The notes: generated by a model not told the origin, from the letters alone. Positions 34,935 to 44,117 are shown, numbered from the stretch's first letter. The stretch is 64,000 nt of DNA from Candidatus Micrarchaeia archaeon (GCA_041500865.1 JBGQMY010000004.1:860-64859); one strand, 5' to 3'. Made by a program: numbers and translations.

Positions 34935-35339
34935 ATGTTGAAAAAGCCGCAATACAGGGGAATGGAAGACACTCAGCTCAAGGACATGCCTTTGGAGGAG
35001 TTCGCGAAGATGGCGAAATCCAGGGGGAGAAGGGCCATACTTAGGGCGCTGAAGGGCATGAACATAGAATACATGCAGCTGATTGACAAGACAAGGGCCA
35101 TGAAAAAGAAGAAAATCAGCAAGCCAGTCAGGACGCACTGCAGGGAAGCGGTGATAATCCCCGAATGGCTCGGCATGGCGTTCAAGGTCTACAACGGAAG
35201 GGAGTGGAAGGACGTCGAGATAACGGTTGAGAAGCTCGGCCACAGGCTCGGCGAGTATAGCTACACAACAATATTCGGGAAGCACTCGGGACCCGGCATC
35301 GGAGCAACCAGGGGAAGCAAGTTCATCTCGGTCAAGTGA
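34935..35339 (+). CDS. rps19: 30S ribosomal protein uS19
   Basis: It contains PVRTHCREAVIIPEWLGMAFKVYNGREW and GEYSYT. The second ATG was chosen because it lies 7 nt after the GAGGTGA SD; ATG 34929 is the alternative. Confidence 0.9.
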   Translation: MLKKPQYRGMEDTQLKDMPLEEFAKMAKSRGRRAILRALKGMNIEYMQLIDKTRAMKKKKISKPVRTHCREAVIIPEWLGMAFKVYNGREWKDVEITVEKLGHRLGEYSYTTIFGKHSGPGIGATRGSKFISVK

Positions 35340-35349
35340 GGTCGTGCAC

Positions 35350-35847
35350 ATGTATTCGCTTAAGGCAAAGGACGAAACGAAGGCCGCGAAGGCGAGGCTG
35401 GAAGGCGTTGACGCCAGCTTCAAGGACCTTGCGGAAGTGTGCGGCAACATCAGGGGAAAGCCAATAGCAAAGGCCATCTCGCTGCTCGTGAAGGCAAAGA
35501 AGGCCGAGATTCCTATCCTGTATAGGAGCCACAACAAGCATCTCGGGCACAGGAGGGGGCTTGGCGGCAGGAAGGGCAGGTATCCCATCAAGTCAGTCGC
35601 CATAGTTCTGAAGGTCCTGCAAAGCGCGATAGCGAACGCAAGGGCCAAGAGCCTTGCAGAGGACAGGCTCGTCGTGTGGCACGCGTGCGCGAACAGGAAG
35701 ATGGTGTTCAGCAGGCTGCAGCCGAAAGGCCTGAGGAAGAAGCACGACTTTTCAACCTCAAGGATTGAAATAATATTGACAGAGGCGCCGGTCAAGGCGG
35801 AACCCACGAAGAAGGGGAAAGAGGCGAAGGCGCCCAGTAAAAGGTGA
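35350..35847 (+). CDS. rpl22: 50S ribosomal protein uL22
   Basis: It begins MYSLKAKDETKAAKARLEGVDASFKDLAEVCGNIRGKPI. The ORF-track upstream extension overlaps rps19. Confidence 0.9.
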   Translation: MYSLKAKDETKAAKARLEGVDASFKDLAEVCGNIRGKPIAKAISLLVKAKKAEIPILYRSHNKHLGHRRGLGGRKGRYPIKSVAIVLKVLQSAIANARAKSLAEDRLVVWHACANRKMVFSRLQPKGLRKKHDFSTSRIEIILTEAPVKAEPTKKGKEAKAPSKR

Positions 35848-35853
35848 AATTGC

Positions 35854-36567
35854 ATGGTAATGAAGAGCATCAGGAAGAAGTTCATAGAGGAGCCGGTCCT
35901 GAAGAAGAGGATAGTCGAGTTCCTTGAGAACTACTTCTCCAGGGTGTGGATAGCGAACATAGACATCAAGCGTTCCCCGATTGAGACGAGGATTTACCTG
36001 GAGGTCATGGACCCGAGGGGATTCATGAACCGCAAGAGCAGGATAATATCCAGGGCCGCGCAGCTGCTTTCCACCGAATTCAAGATTGAGAACCCGAAGA
36101 TAAGCCTCATTGAGATAAAGAATCCGTGGCTTGAGCCCAGGATTGTGGCCCGAAAGGCGGCAAAGGATTTGGAGATGGGCAAGAAGGCGCGTTCCGTGCT
36201 CTATAAATTGTTATCCAACATCATGCAGAACGGCGCTGTAGGCGCAGAGCTGATTGCGCACGGAAAGCTCGGGGCAAAGGGCGCAAAGTCAAGGAAGATA
36301 AAGGTTTATGCAGGATTCGTGCCGAAGGCCGGCAACCCGGTCAAGGAAGTAAGGACGGTAAAGTATGCGATAGTGACAAAGTCGGGAATCATAGGGATTA
36401 CGGTCAGGATTGCGCCGCCAGGCATCTATCTGCCTGACAAGATGAAGCAGATAGCGAAGGCGGAGCAGGACAAGACAGACGCTGCTGCAGCCCAGGAAGG
36501 GGCAGCGGTTCCGCCGGCGGAAGGCGCGAGCAAGGAGGGTGTTGAGAATGCCGTTGCCAAAGGCTAA
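35854..36567 (+). CDS. rps3: 30S ribosomal protein uS3
   Basis: It has a KH-domain N-terminus, the expected operon position and an AAGGTGA SD. Confidence 0.9.
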   Translation: MVMKSIRKKFIEEPVLKKRIVEFLENYFSRVWIANIDIKRSPIETRIYLEVMDPRGFMNRKSRIISRAAQLLSTEFKIENPKISLIEIKNPWLEPRIVARKAAKDLEMGKKARSVLYKLLSNIMQNGAVGAELIAHGKLGAKGAKSRKIKVYAGFVPKAGNPVKEVRTVKYAIVTKSGIIGITVRIAPPGIYLPDKMKQIAKAEQDKTDAAAAQEGAAVPPAEGASKEGVENAVAKG

Positions 36568-36901
36568 AGACTTCAGGGAAAAGACGGAAGAGGAGCTTGC
36601 GAAGGACCTGGCCAACTTCGGCAAGGAGATTGCGACGCTGCCGGACACGAAGTACGGCCGGAAGCAGTCCCTCAGGAAGCTTGTCGCAAGGATTCTGACT
36701 GTAGTTAATGAAAGAATAAGGGCGCAAAAGGCAAAAATGCCGAAACAAACAGCAAAAAAGGCAATCAAGCCCAAAAGGCCAAAGCCGGACGCTTCCAAAA
36801 TATACAGGCAGCCGGCTCAGCCCAAACAGGCACAAAAACCAGCAAAAGCCCCAAAGAAACAGGCCCAAAAGCCTAAGACGGCAGCCAAGGCGAAAAAATG
36901 A
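36548..36901 (+). CDS. rpl29: 50S ribosomal protein uL29 with a Lys/Pro/Ala/Gln-rich C-terminal extension
   Basis: It begins MPLPKAKDFREKTEEELAKDLANFGKEIATL and ends in a tail of about 60 aa (PKQTAKKAIKPKRPKP...KTAAKAKK). Confidence 0.85.
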   Translation: MPLPKAKDFREKTEEELAKDLANFGKEIATLPDTKYGRKQSLRKLVARILTVVNERIRAQKAKMPKQTAKKAIKPKRPKPDASKIYRQPAQPKQAQKPAKAPKKQAQKPKTAAKAKK

Positions 36902-36949
36902 CAACATTTAAAAGGCTATATACGCAAGAGTGGAAGAGGTGCAACAAGA

Positions 36950-37255
36950 TTGGGTGAAATATGCCAAACGTGCGGTTTGCCTCGTGACCTCTGCGTCTGT
37001 GACCTCCTGGACAAGGAGGAGACACGGCGGATAAAGGTTTACACGGCCAAGGCGAAGTTCAACAAGCTTGTCACCGTCGTTGAGGGCCTGGAAAAGAAGC
37101 AGATAAAGGAGACCCTCAAGGAACTCAAGAGGAAGCTGGCATGCGGAGGGTCAATAAAAGAGGAGTTCATCATTCTCCAGGGGAACCACATGAAGCGGGT
37201 TCCGGAGATTTTGGTGTCCATGGGCTTCAAGAAGGAAGCGATGGAGTCGGCATAG
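36950..37255 (+). CDS. translation initiation factor aSUI1 (eIF1 homologue)
   Basis: It has (M)GEICQTCGLPRDLCVCD plus a SUI1 fold segment VTVVEGL...KLACGGSIKEEFIILQGNH. It uses a TTG start 8 nt after a GAGGTG SD. Confidence 0.85.
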   Translation: MGEICQTCGLPRDLCVCDLLDKEETRRIKVYTAKAKFNKLVTVVEGLEKKQIKETLKELKRKLACGGSIKEEFIILQGNHMKRVPEILVSMGFKKEAMESA

Positions 37256-37527
37256 GCCGCATAAGCGCAGAAAACCTCGCGCTCCATGAGCTGATAGGGC
37301 TCAGGGTCCGCGTGCAAAGAAGTTCGTCCACGTACGAAGGCAAGGATGGAACCGTGGTGTGGGAGACGAGAAACACGCTCCTCATCCGCTCCGCTGGAAA
37401 GACGTGCGTGGTGCCGAAGCGCGGCAATGTGTTCGCGTTTAGCGTTCACGGGAAAAAGGTTTCCCTCGAAGGCTCGTCGCTGGAGAGGGACCCGGTAGAA
37501 AGGACCAAGAAAGGGATGGTAGCATGA
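37141..37527 (+). CDS. rnp1: RNase P protein component 1 (Rpp29/Pop4)
   Basis: The core is LHELIGLRVRVQRSSSTYEGKDGTVVWETRNTLLIRSAGKTCVVPKRGNVFAF. The only canonical in-frame start before this core is ATG 37141, which overlaps aSUI1 by 115 nt, so the start is uncertain. Confidence 0.8.
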   Translation: MRRVNKRGVHHSPGEPHEAGSGDFGVHGLQEGSDGVGIGRISAENLALHELIGLRVRVQRSSSTYEGKDGTVVWETRNTLLIRSAGKTCVVPKRGNVFAFSVHGKKVSLEGSSLERDPVERTKKGMVA

Positions 37528-37847
37528 CGCTGGAAGAAATCAACGATGAAATAGGAAGGAAAGTCAAGGAGGAATGCATATCCTCCAGGGGAATGAAGGT
37601 CAAGGGCACCGTTGTCTCCATAAAGATGAAGAACACGGCGACCATTGAAAGGGAATTCTCCAAGACGCTCCACAAGTACAAGAGGGTCGCGATAGAGAAG
37701 AGCAAGATACACGTTCACGTGCCTGAAGGCATATCGCTCGGCCTTGGCGATGTCATCGAGGCGCAGCAGACGAGGAAGCTGAGCAGGACGAAGAACTGGG
37801 TAATAACCAGGATAATAAGCAAGGCTGTTGAGGCCAAGGGTGAATGA
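37524..37847 (+). CDS. rps17: 30S ribosomal protein uS17
   Basis: Operon position. The sequence GMKVKGTVVSIKMKNTATIEREF...HKYKR...HVHVPEG fits uS17. Confidence 0.9.
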   Translation: MTLEEINDEIGRKVKEECISSRGMKVKGTVVSIKMKNTATIEREFSKTLHKYKRVAIEKSKIHVHVPEGISLGLGDVIEAQQTRKLSRTKNWVITRIISKAVEAKGE

Positions 37848-37848
37848 C

Positions 37849-38247
37849 ATGAAGGGCCTAACTTCCAAGGTAACCAAAACCCTCACTATTCTCAGCAACC
37901 TGAAATGCGACGACAACAGCGGGGCGCAGGTTCTGAAGATAATAGGGCTGCAGAGGTACAAGGGCGTCAGGAACAGGTATCCGGCTGCAGGCGTAGGCGA
38001 CACAGTCATATGCTCTGTCATAAAGGGCGACACGAAGATGATAGGGACGAAGGTAACGGCAGTCATAACGAGGCAAAGGAAAGAGTACAAGCGGCCGAAC
38101 GGCACAAGGATAGGGTTTGAGGACAACGCAGCAGTCCTCATAAACGAGGACGGGCTTCCGATAGGGACCGAAATAAAGGGCGTCATAGCCAGGGAAGTGG
38201 CTGAAAAGTACCCGAAGGTGTCCGCAATAGCGGCCATGGTTATTTAA
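37849..38247 (+). CDS. rpl14: 50S ribosomal protein uL14
   Basis: It contains LKCDDNSGAQVLKIIGL and VITRQRKEYKRPNGTRIGFEDNAAVLI. The start is the ATG 1 nt after the rps17 stop. Confidence 0.9.
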   Translation: MKGLTSKVTKTLTILSNLKCDDNSGAQVLKIIGLQRYKGVRNRYPAAGVGDTVICSVIKGDTKMIGTKVTAVITRQRKEYKRPNGTRIGFEDNAAVLINEDGLPIGTEIKGVIAREVAEKYPKVSAIAAMVI

Positions 38248-38257
38248 GGGTGATTTG

Positions 38258-38746
38258 ATGGGAACGATAAAATCCTCAAGAAGGAGGTTTCACGCGCCTG
38301 CGCAGCACCGCAGGAAGGACAGGCTCATGGTCCACGTTGACAAGGAGACAGGCAAAAAGCTTGGCATAACCTCGAGGTCAGTCCTGGTAAGGAAGGGCGA
38401 CACTGTCAAGGTGACAAGGGGCGCGTATGCCGGGAAATCCGGGCAGGTCCTTGCAGTTGACTACGTAAAAAGCATGTTTGACATGGAAGGCATAACCAAG
38501 ACCAACTCCAGGACAAAGAAGGAGGTCGCTGTGCCAATGGAGCCGTCCAATGCCGTGCTTGTCGCAAGGGGCGACATAAAGGCGCTGGCAAAGAGGCAGC
38601 CAAAAAAGAAGGAGCAGCCCAAAGAGGAAGCAAAAGAGGAAAGGAAGCAGGACGCCAAGCAGTCTGCAAGGGAGACAGAGGCGCAGGAAGCCAGGAATGC
38701 AAAGACCGAGAGCGCGCAGCTGTCCCAAAAATTGAGGAATGATTAA
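38258..38746 (+). CDS. rpl24: 50S ribosomal protein uL24 with a charged C-terminal extension
   Basis: It has the KOW motif VRKGDTVKVTRGAYAGKSGQVLAVD and a K/E/Q-rich tail of about 55 aa. Confidence 0.9.
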   Translation: MGTIKSSRRRFHAPAQHRRKDRLMVHVDKETGKKLGITSRSVLVRKGDTVKVTRGAYAGKSGQVLAVDYVKSMFDMEGITKTNSRTKKEVAVPMEPSNAVLVARGDIKALAKRQPKKKEQPKEEAKEERKQDAKQSARETEAQEARNAKTESAQLSQKLRND

Positions 38747-38747
38747 T

Positions 38748-39434
38748 ATGGCAAGGAAAGGACCAAGGAACCATCTCAAGAGGTCTAACATTCCGGACAA
38801 GGTCTGGATAAGGAACAAGAAGGCTTACAAGTACATCAGGAGACAGAGCCCCGGGCCGCACACCATGGGGACGTCAATGAGCCTGGGCGTGCTTATGAGG
38901 GACATCATGAAATGCGTTGACAACCTAAAGGAGGCGCAGTTCATCATGAGAAAAGGCCACGTCAAGGTTGACGGCAGGGCAAGGAAAGACTCCGACTTCC
39001 CAATTGGGTTGATGGACATAGTTGAGGTAAGGGGCGCGGCGTACAGGATAGTGATAGGCCAGCATGGCAGGTACGAGGCAAAGGAGACTGACAAGAAGGA
39101 CAAGAAGCCGCTCAAGATAACCAGGAAGGTTTCGCTTTCAAAGGACAAATTCCAGCTTACGTTCCACGACGGCAAGACTAAAACGACGAATGACAACAGC
39201 CTTGCGGTCAACGACGTGGTGCTGTTTGACATCGCGAAAAAGGACATGGCTGACGTTGCAAAGCCGGTTGTCGGCTCAATGTGCCTCATAACGGAAGGAA
39301 GGCACTCCGGCAAGAAGGGGACGATAACGAAGATAAGCGGGACCGAGGTCAAGGACGTCACGATAGACGTGGACGGGAAAGCCATAATCACCAGGTTCAA
39401 TTACATCTTCCCGATAAAGGAGGGGTGGCTCTGA
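38748..39434 (+). CDS. rps4e: 30S ribosomal protein eS4
   Basis: It begins MARKGPRNHLKR and contains GPH..G.S..L. It is archaea/eukaryote-specific and sits in the expected operon position. Confidence 0.9.
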   Translation: MARKGPRNHLKRSNIPDKVWIRNKKAYKYIRRQSPGPHTMGTSMSLGVLMRDIMKCVDNLKEAQFIMRKGHVKVDGRARKDSDFPIGLMDIVEVRGAAYRIVIGQHGRYEAKETDKKDKKPLKITRKVSLSKDKFQLTFHDGKTKTTNDNSLAVNDVVLFDIAKKDMADVAKPVVGSMCLITEGRHSGKKGTITKISGTEVKDVTIDVDGKAIITRFNYIFPIKEGWL

Positions 39435-40009
39435 TGGCAGAAGCGAAAACGGAAAAAGCCGGGAAGAAAACGGAAAAGAAGGAAAAACCCGCCAACAAAG
39501 GGGCCAACCCCATGCGGGAAATAAAAATTGCCAAGGTTACGGTCAACATCGGCGTTGGCGCGCCAGGCGAGAGGCTGGACAACGCGCAAAAGCTGCTTCA
39601 GGAGATAACGGGCATAAAGCCGCTGGTCACGAAGGCAAGGACAAGGAACCCCGTGTTCAAGCTCAGGAAGGGGCTGCCGATAGGCGCCAAGGCGACGCTC
39701 AGGAAAGAGGCGGCAAAGGCATTCCTGAAAAAGGCGTTCATAGCAGTGAAAAACATGCTCAGCAGCGAAAACTTCGACAACAGGGGCAACTTCGCATTCG
39801 GCGTAAGGGAATACATCGACTTTCCGGGCGTGAAGTACAACCCTGAAATCGGCATGTTCGGGTTTGACGTGTGTGTCACGCTGGAGAGGCCCGGCTACAG
39901 GGTGAAAAAGAGGAAGATAGCGACATCCAGCATAGGCAAGAAGCACTGGGTGACAAGGGACGAGGCAATCGGCTTCGTGAGCGGCGCCTTCGGCGTCAAT
40001 GTTCAATGA
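39434..40009 (+). CDS. rpl5: 50S ribosomal protein uL5 with a short Lys-rich N-terminal extension
   Basis: It contains MREIKIAKVTVNIGVG and FGVREYIDFPGVKYNPEIGMFGFDV. It has a TGATG overlap with rps4e. Confidence 0.9.
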   Translation: MAEAKTEKAGKKTEKKEKPANKGANPMREIKIAKVTVNIGVGAPGERLDNAQKLLQEITGIKPLVTKARTRNPVFKLRKGLPIGAKATLRKEAAKAFLKKAFIAVKNMLSSENFDNRGNFAFGVREYIDFPGVKYNPEIGMFGFDVCVTLERPGYRVKKRKIATSSIGKKHWVTRDEAIGFVSGAFGVNVQ

Positions 40010-40019
40010 ATTGGTGGTC

Positions 40020-40208
40020 ATGATGACAGATATCAAGAAGCCTGCCGAGATAAACAGGAAAAGCTTGGACAGGCAGAGGGGAAGGGGAATAAGGATGTGC
40101 AAGAAGTGCGCGACGACGAAAGGACTCATAAGGAAATACGGCCTTTACGTCTGCAGGAGATGCTTCAGGGAAATGGGCGAGGACCTGGGCTTCTTCAAGT
40201 ACAACTGA
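40020..40208 (+). CDS. rps14: 30S ribosomal protein uS14 (zinc-ribbon type)
   Basis: It has CKKCATTKGLIRKYGLYVCRRCFRE. Confidence 0.9.
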   Translation: MMTDIKKPAEINRKSLDRQRGRGIRMCKKCATTKGLIRKYGLYVCRRCFREMGEDLGFFKYN

Positions 40209-40223
40209 AAATGGGTGTTCAAC

Positions 40224-40610
40224 ATGGCAATAGACCTGCTTTCTGACGGCCTCAACAAGATAAAGCTCTGCGAAAGGGTAGGCAAGGCGGAATGCGACGT
40301 CAAATACTCGAAGCTGCTTGCCAGCGTGCTTGACGTGCTGAAGGCTAACGGATACATAGCGGAATACGCGCAGAAGGACAACGGCAAAGGCGGGCTGCTC
40401 GCAGTGAAGCTGAACGGGAAGATAAACGAGCTGAGGTCGGTCAAGCCAAGGTTCGCGGTCTCAAGCAAGAAGTGGGTTGAGACTGAAACGAACTTCCTGC
40501 CGTCATACAACATAGGGCTGCTGGTCGTGTCCACGCCAAAGGGCGTGATGAGCAACAAGGAAGCCAAGGAGGCGAAGATGGGGGGAAGGCTCATAGCCTT
40601 CGTCTACTGA
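40224..40610 (+). CDS. rps8: 30S ribosomal protein uS8
   Basis: It begins MAIDLLSDGLNKIK and contains GGRLIAFVY. GTG 40215 is the alternative start. Confidence 0.9.
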   Translation: MAIDLLSDGLNKIKLCERVGKAECDVKYSKLLASVLDVLKANGYIAEYAQKDNGKGGLLAVKLNGKINELRSVKPRFAVSSKKWVETETNFLPSYNIGLLVVSTPKGVMSNKEAKEAKMGGRLIAFVY

Positions 40611-40619
40611 GGTGCTGCT

Positions 40620-41123
40620 ATGAGATACGTTTCAGTTGTTGCGCCAGAAGGCGTTTCTGTTTCAATAGACGGGCGGACAGTCACTGCCAAGGGGCCAAAG
40701 GGCCAGGTCAAGGCGGAGTTCAAGGTCGTTGGCGTGAACATGTCAATCAAGGACGGGAAGTTTGAGGTGGAAGGCACAAATACCGGCTCCATCAACACAA
40801 TTAAGAGAAGGGTCCTGATGTTGCTTGAGGGGGCCGCAAACGGATTCTCGCGGAAAATGGTCATACGGTATGCGCACTTCCCGATAAAGGTGAGCGTGAA
40901 AGGCAGCACGCTTATGATAGACAATTTCTACGGCGAGAAGAAGCACAGGCAGGCGAAGATAGTCAACGACACCAAGGTCAAGGTCGCGGGCCAGGAGCTT
41001 ATCGTGGACGGCCCAAGCATAGACGACGTGACGCAGACGGTCGCCAACATAAGGCAGGCGACCAAGACAAGGGAGAAGGACAAGAGGGTCTTCCAGGACG
41101 GCATTTACGCCGTAGGGGAATGA
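40620..41123 (+). CDS. rpl6: 50S ribosomal protein uL6
   Basis: Operon position. A two-domain L6 pattern is visible (VTAKGPKGQV...YAHFPIKV). Confidence 0.9.
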   Translation: MRYVSVVAPEGVSVSIDGRTVTAKGPKGQVKAEFKVVGVNMSIKDGKFEVEGTNTGSINTIKRRVLMLLEGAANGFSRKMVIRYAHFPIKVSVKGSTLMIDNFYGEKKHRQAKIVNDTKVKVAGQELIVDGPSIDDVTQTVANIRQATKTREKDKRVFQDGIYAVGE

Positions 41124-41133
41124 GGTGCCAAGC

Positions 41134-41571
41134 ATGAACAAGAAAAAGAAGCCGGATTTCATAATTCCAAACTCAAAAAGCATAATGAGGGTCCCTTCAA
41201 GGTGGAGGAAGCCGAGGGGCATAGACAACAAGAAGAGAATACGGTTGGCCGCGCACGGCAAATCGCCGCGCATAGGCTACAAGAACAGCAGCATTGTCAG
41301 GTTCACGCACCCGTGCGGGAACTTTGAGGTGATTGTGCACAACCCGGCGCAGCTGGAAGGCCTGAAGGACGTCGTAATAAGGATAAGCGGCCCTGTAGGG
41401 AACAAGAAGAGGATTGCGATTGTGAAAAGGGCGGGCGAGCTCAAGCTGAGAGTCCTGAATCCCAAGGTCAAGCTGCGCGAAAGCAAGCCGAAAACGGGAG
41501 CCAACGAGCCAAAAGGCGGCGAAATCAAGCCAAAGCCAGAGGCCAACGAGCCAAAAGGTGAGAAGAAATGA
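41134..41571 (+). CDS. rpl32e: 50S ribosomal protein eL32 with a repeated NEPKG tail
   Basis: It contains RVPSRWRKPRGIDNKKR and RIGYKN. The ATG lies 7 nt after a GAGGTG SD. The C-terminal tail is KTGANEPKGGEIKPKPEANEPKGEKK. Confidence 0.9.
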   Translation: MNKKKKPDFIIPNSKSIMRVPSRWRKPRGIDNKKRIRLAAHGKSPRIGYKNSSIVRFTHPCGNFEVIVHNPAQLEGLKDVVIRISGPVGNKKRIAIVKRAGELKLRVLNPKVKLRESKPKTGANEPKGGEIKPKPEANEPKGEKK

Positions 41572-42014
41572 ACATGAAGACGCTCAGGAGGATAGCCGCA
41601 GAGACGCTCAAGGTAGGGAGAAACAGGATAAGGATAACATTCAATGCAGACACAAGCGAGGCAATAGGCGGCGCCATGACAAGGGCGGACGTTGCAGGCC
41701 TGGCAAAGGACGGCACGATTTATGCCGTACCTGTGAAGGGAAGGCCGAAAAAGGAGAGGCGCAAAGGCAGGGGCGAGGGAAAGAGGAAGGGAACGATGAA
41801 TGCCAGGATGCCGTTCAAGGACCTCTGGATGAAAAGGATAAGGGCGCTAAGGAAATACCTTGCCACGCTTGTTGCAAAAGGCTACGTTGACAGGAAGAAC
41901 AAGAGGAAGCTGTACCTTAAGATGAAGGGGGGGTATTTCAGGGGCAAGTCGGCGTTCCTTGCATACCTGAAGGACAACGGCTTCCTGCTGAAGGACGCAA
42001 AAGAGGTGAAATGA
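41568..42014 (+). CDS. rpl19e: 50S ribosomal protein eL19
   Basis: It begins MNMKTLRRIAAETLKVGRNRIRI and contains GRPKKERRKGRGEGKRKG. Confidence 0.9.
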   Translation: MNMKTLRRIAAETLKVGRNRIRITFNADTSEAIGGAMTRADVAGLAKDGTIYAVPVKGRPKKERRKGRGEGKRKGTMNARMPFKDLWMKRIRALRKYLATLVAKGYVDRKNKRKLYLKMKGGYFRGKSAFLAYLKDNGFLLKDAKEVK

Positions 42015-42015
42015 C

Positions 42016-42594
42016 ATGCCAAGAGCGAAATCCCCGATTTACGCCGTGCCTTTCAGGAGGAAGAGGGAAGGCAGGACCATATACGGAAGGAGGCTTGCGC
42101 TGCTGCAAAGCAGGAAGCCCCGTTTAGTCGTAAGGAAGACAGGCAGGGGCCTGGTGCTGCAAATGGTTTCTTTCATGCCAGAAGGGGACAGGACCATCGT
42201 GGCAGTCAACACAAAGAAGCTCAAGGAATACGGATGGGTTCCGAAAAGCAACATGCCGACAGCTTACCTTGCGGGCCTGCTCATAGGCAAGCTTGCAAAA
42301 GGCAAGGGCATAGCGAGCGCGGTGCTGGACATCGGAAGGCACACGCCGACAAAGCAGAGCATAGTCTTCGCAGCCATGAAAGGCGCGATGGACGCGGGCG
42401 TGGAGTCTGCGATGGGCATGGAGCTTGACGAGAACAGGCTGAAGGGAGCCCATATCGCGGAGTACGCAAAGCTCATAAAGGGGGACAAGGAGCGCTACGC
42501 CAGGCAGTTCTCCCAATACATTGAGGCGAAGGTGGACCCGGAAAGGCTAACGGAGCTTTTTGAGAAGGTCAAGGCCAAGATAATGGAGGGTTGA
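42016..42594 (+). CDS. rpl18: 50S ribosomal protein uL18
   Basis: Operon position. The sequence PRLVVRKTGRGLVLQMV...AYLAGLLIG fits uL18. Confidence 0.9.
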   Translation: MPRAKSPIYAVPFRRKREGRTIYGRRLALLQSRKPRLVVRKTGRGLVLQMVSFMPEGDRTIVAVNTKKLKEYGWVPKSNMPTAYLAGLLIGKLAKGKGIASAVLDIGRHTPTKQSIVFAAMKGAMDAGVESAMGMELDENRLKGAHIAEYAKLIKGDKERYARQFSQYIEAKVDPERLTELFEKVKAKIMEG

Positions 42595-42599
42595 TTGTT

Positions 42600-43229
42600 A
42601 TGGCAAGGTATGGAGGGTTTATGGCTATGTCAATAGGAGACTGGGAGCCAAGGACCGAACTCGGAAGGAAGGTCAAGAGCGGGGAGATAACGAACATTGA
42701 CGACATACTGAAGGCGGGCAAACGCATACTGGAGCCGGAGATAGTGGACATGCTGCTTCCTGAGATAAAGACTGAAACAGTCAAGATATCAACGACGCAG
42801 AGGGTGACGGATTCTGGAAGGAGGATGAGCTTCAAGGCCATAGTGCTGGTCGGGGACGGAAACGGCCACGTGGGCCTTGGGGTCGGCAAGGCTGCGGAGA
42901 CAGGCCCTGCCATAGACTACGCGACAAGAAGCGCCAAGAAAAGCCTGATGTATATACCAAGAGGCTGTGGCTCGTGGGAATGCAGGTGCGGGAGCGGCCA
43001 CTCTATACCGTTCGCTGTCAGCGGCAAGCAGAGCTCCACCACGGTTGAGCTGAAGCCTGCGCCAAGGGGCCTTGGACTGGCTGTCAATGACAACATCAAG
43101 ATTGTGGCCTCGCTGCTCGGCATAAAGGACATATGGGGCCAGGCAAGGGGCTCTACGGACAACGTGTACAATTCGCTGGTCGCCACGCTTAAGGCGCTGA
43201 AGAAGATACAAAAGGGTGCTGTCCAATGA
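42600..43229 (+). CDS. rps5: 30S ribosomal protein uS5
   Basis: It contains WEPRTELGRKVKSGEI and FKAIVLVGDGNGHVGLGVGKA. The ATG follows a GGAGGG SD. Confidence 0.9.
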   Translation: MARYGGFMAMSIGDWEPRTELGRKVKSGEITNIDDILKAGKRILEPEIVDMLLPEIKTETVKISTTQRVTDSGRRMSFKAIVLVGDGNGHVGLGVGKAAETGPAIDYATRSAKKSLMYIPRGCGSWECRCGSGHSIPFAVSGKQSSTTVELKPAPRGLGLAVNDNIKIVASLLGIKDIWGQARGSTDNVYNSLVATLKALKKIQKGAVQ

Positions 43230-43669
43230 ACCACTTTGAAAAGATGGACAAGGAAATCATAGCGGTCATCAGGGTAAGGGGCAGGAGGAGCATGAAGCCG
43301 AAGATAGACCATACGCTTGAGCTGCTCAAGCTGAGCAGGACCAACCATGCCGTCGTTTACAAGGCGACGATGCCGATAATCGGCATGCTCAAGGTCGTCA
43401 AGGATTACGTGGCGTTCGGCAGGATATCAAAGGGGACGCTTGAGGCGCTGATAGCCAAGAGGGGCGAGAAGGGCTCAAAGAAGGCCTCGGAAGTCGTAAA
43501 CCCGAAGGAGGTCGCAGAGGCCGTTTTCGCAGGCAAAAAGCTGGGCGACTACATAGACCCGGTCTTCCGTCTCGCGCCCCCGAGGAAGGGATGGAAGAAC
43601 GTGAAGAAGCCGGAGCTGCTTGTGCCCGAGAGCGGGGACATAGACGGCATTATCAAGAGAATGATGTGA
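43226..43669 (+). CDS. rpl30: 50S ribosomal protein uL30
   Basis: Operon position. The sequence IAVIRVRGRRSMKPKIDHTLELLKL fits uL30. Confidence 0.9.
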   Translation: MNHFEKMDKEIIAVIRVRGRRSMKPKIDHTLELLKLSRTNHAVVYKATMPIIGMLKVVKDYVAFGRISKGTLEALIAKRGEKGSKKASEVVNPKEVAEAVFAGKKLGDYIDPVFRLAPPRKGWKNVKKPELLVPESGDIDGIIKRMM

Positions 43670-43680
43670 AGGGGATACTC

Positions 43681-44106
43681 ATGACCAGAAGATATGCCAG
43701 GAAGACCGGGAAATGGAGGGGCTCAAGCAGCCACGGCTGCGGAAACTGCAAAAACAGGAGAGGCAAAGGCAACAAGGGCGGAAAGGGCCGGGCGGGAAAA
43801 GGGAAGCACAATAAGCACAAATGGACCTACATGGTTGCCTATGAAAGGGACAGGATAGGCAAGAGGGGCTTCGTGCCGCTCAGTTCCACTCATTGCGAAA
43901 AAACAATCAACCTCTGGGAGATAAACGGGCTTGTGGAGCAGGGCAAGCTTGAGAAAGAAAAGGACAGGTACGTGCTTGACTTTGAAGGCAAAATCCTTGG
44001 CTCCGGATTGCTAAACTATCCGCTCAAGGTGAAAGCCAAGGCCATAAGCGATAAGGCAAAGGCCAAGATTGAAGCCAAGGGAGGCTTAGTCGAGGTCTCG
44101 GCCTGA
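43681..44106 (+). CDS. rpl15: 50S ribosomal protein uL15
   Basis: It begins MTRRYARKTGKWRGSSSHGCGNCKNRRGKGNKGGKGRAG. The ORF-track extension overlaps rpl30. Confidence 0.9.
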   Translation: MTRRYARKTGKWRGSSSHGCGNCKNRRGKGNKGGKGRAGKGKHNKHKWTYMVAYERDRIGKRGFVPLSSTHCEKTINLWEINGLVEQGKLEKEKDRYVLDFEGKILGSGLLNYPLKVKAKAISDKAKAKIEAKGGLVEVSA

Positions 44107-44117
44107 GGTGCCCCATA

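Noticed and set aside
34593-35885. A 430-aa minus-strand ORF spanning rpl2-rps19-rpl22. Similar antisense ORFs occur through the r-protein operon, for example 37446-38237, 39401-40129 and 40743-41273.
   Set aside because: They overlap highly conserved r-protein genes with SD sites and operon logic on the plus strand. They carry no recognisable motifs.
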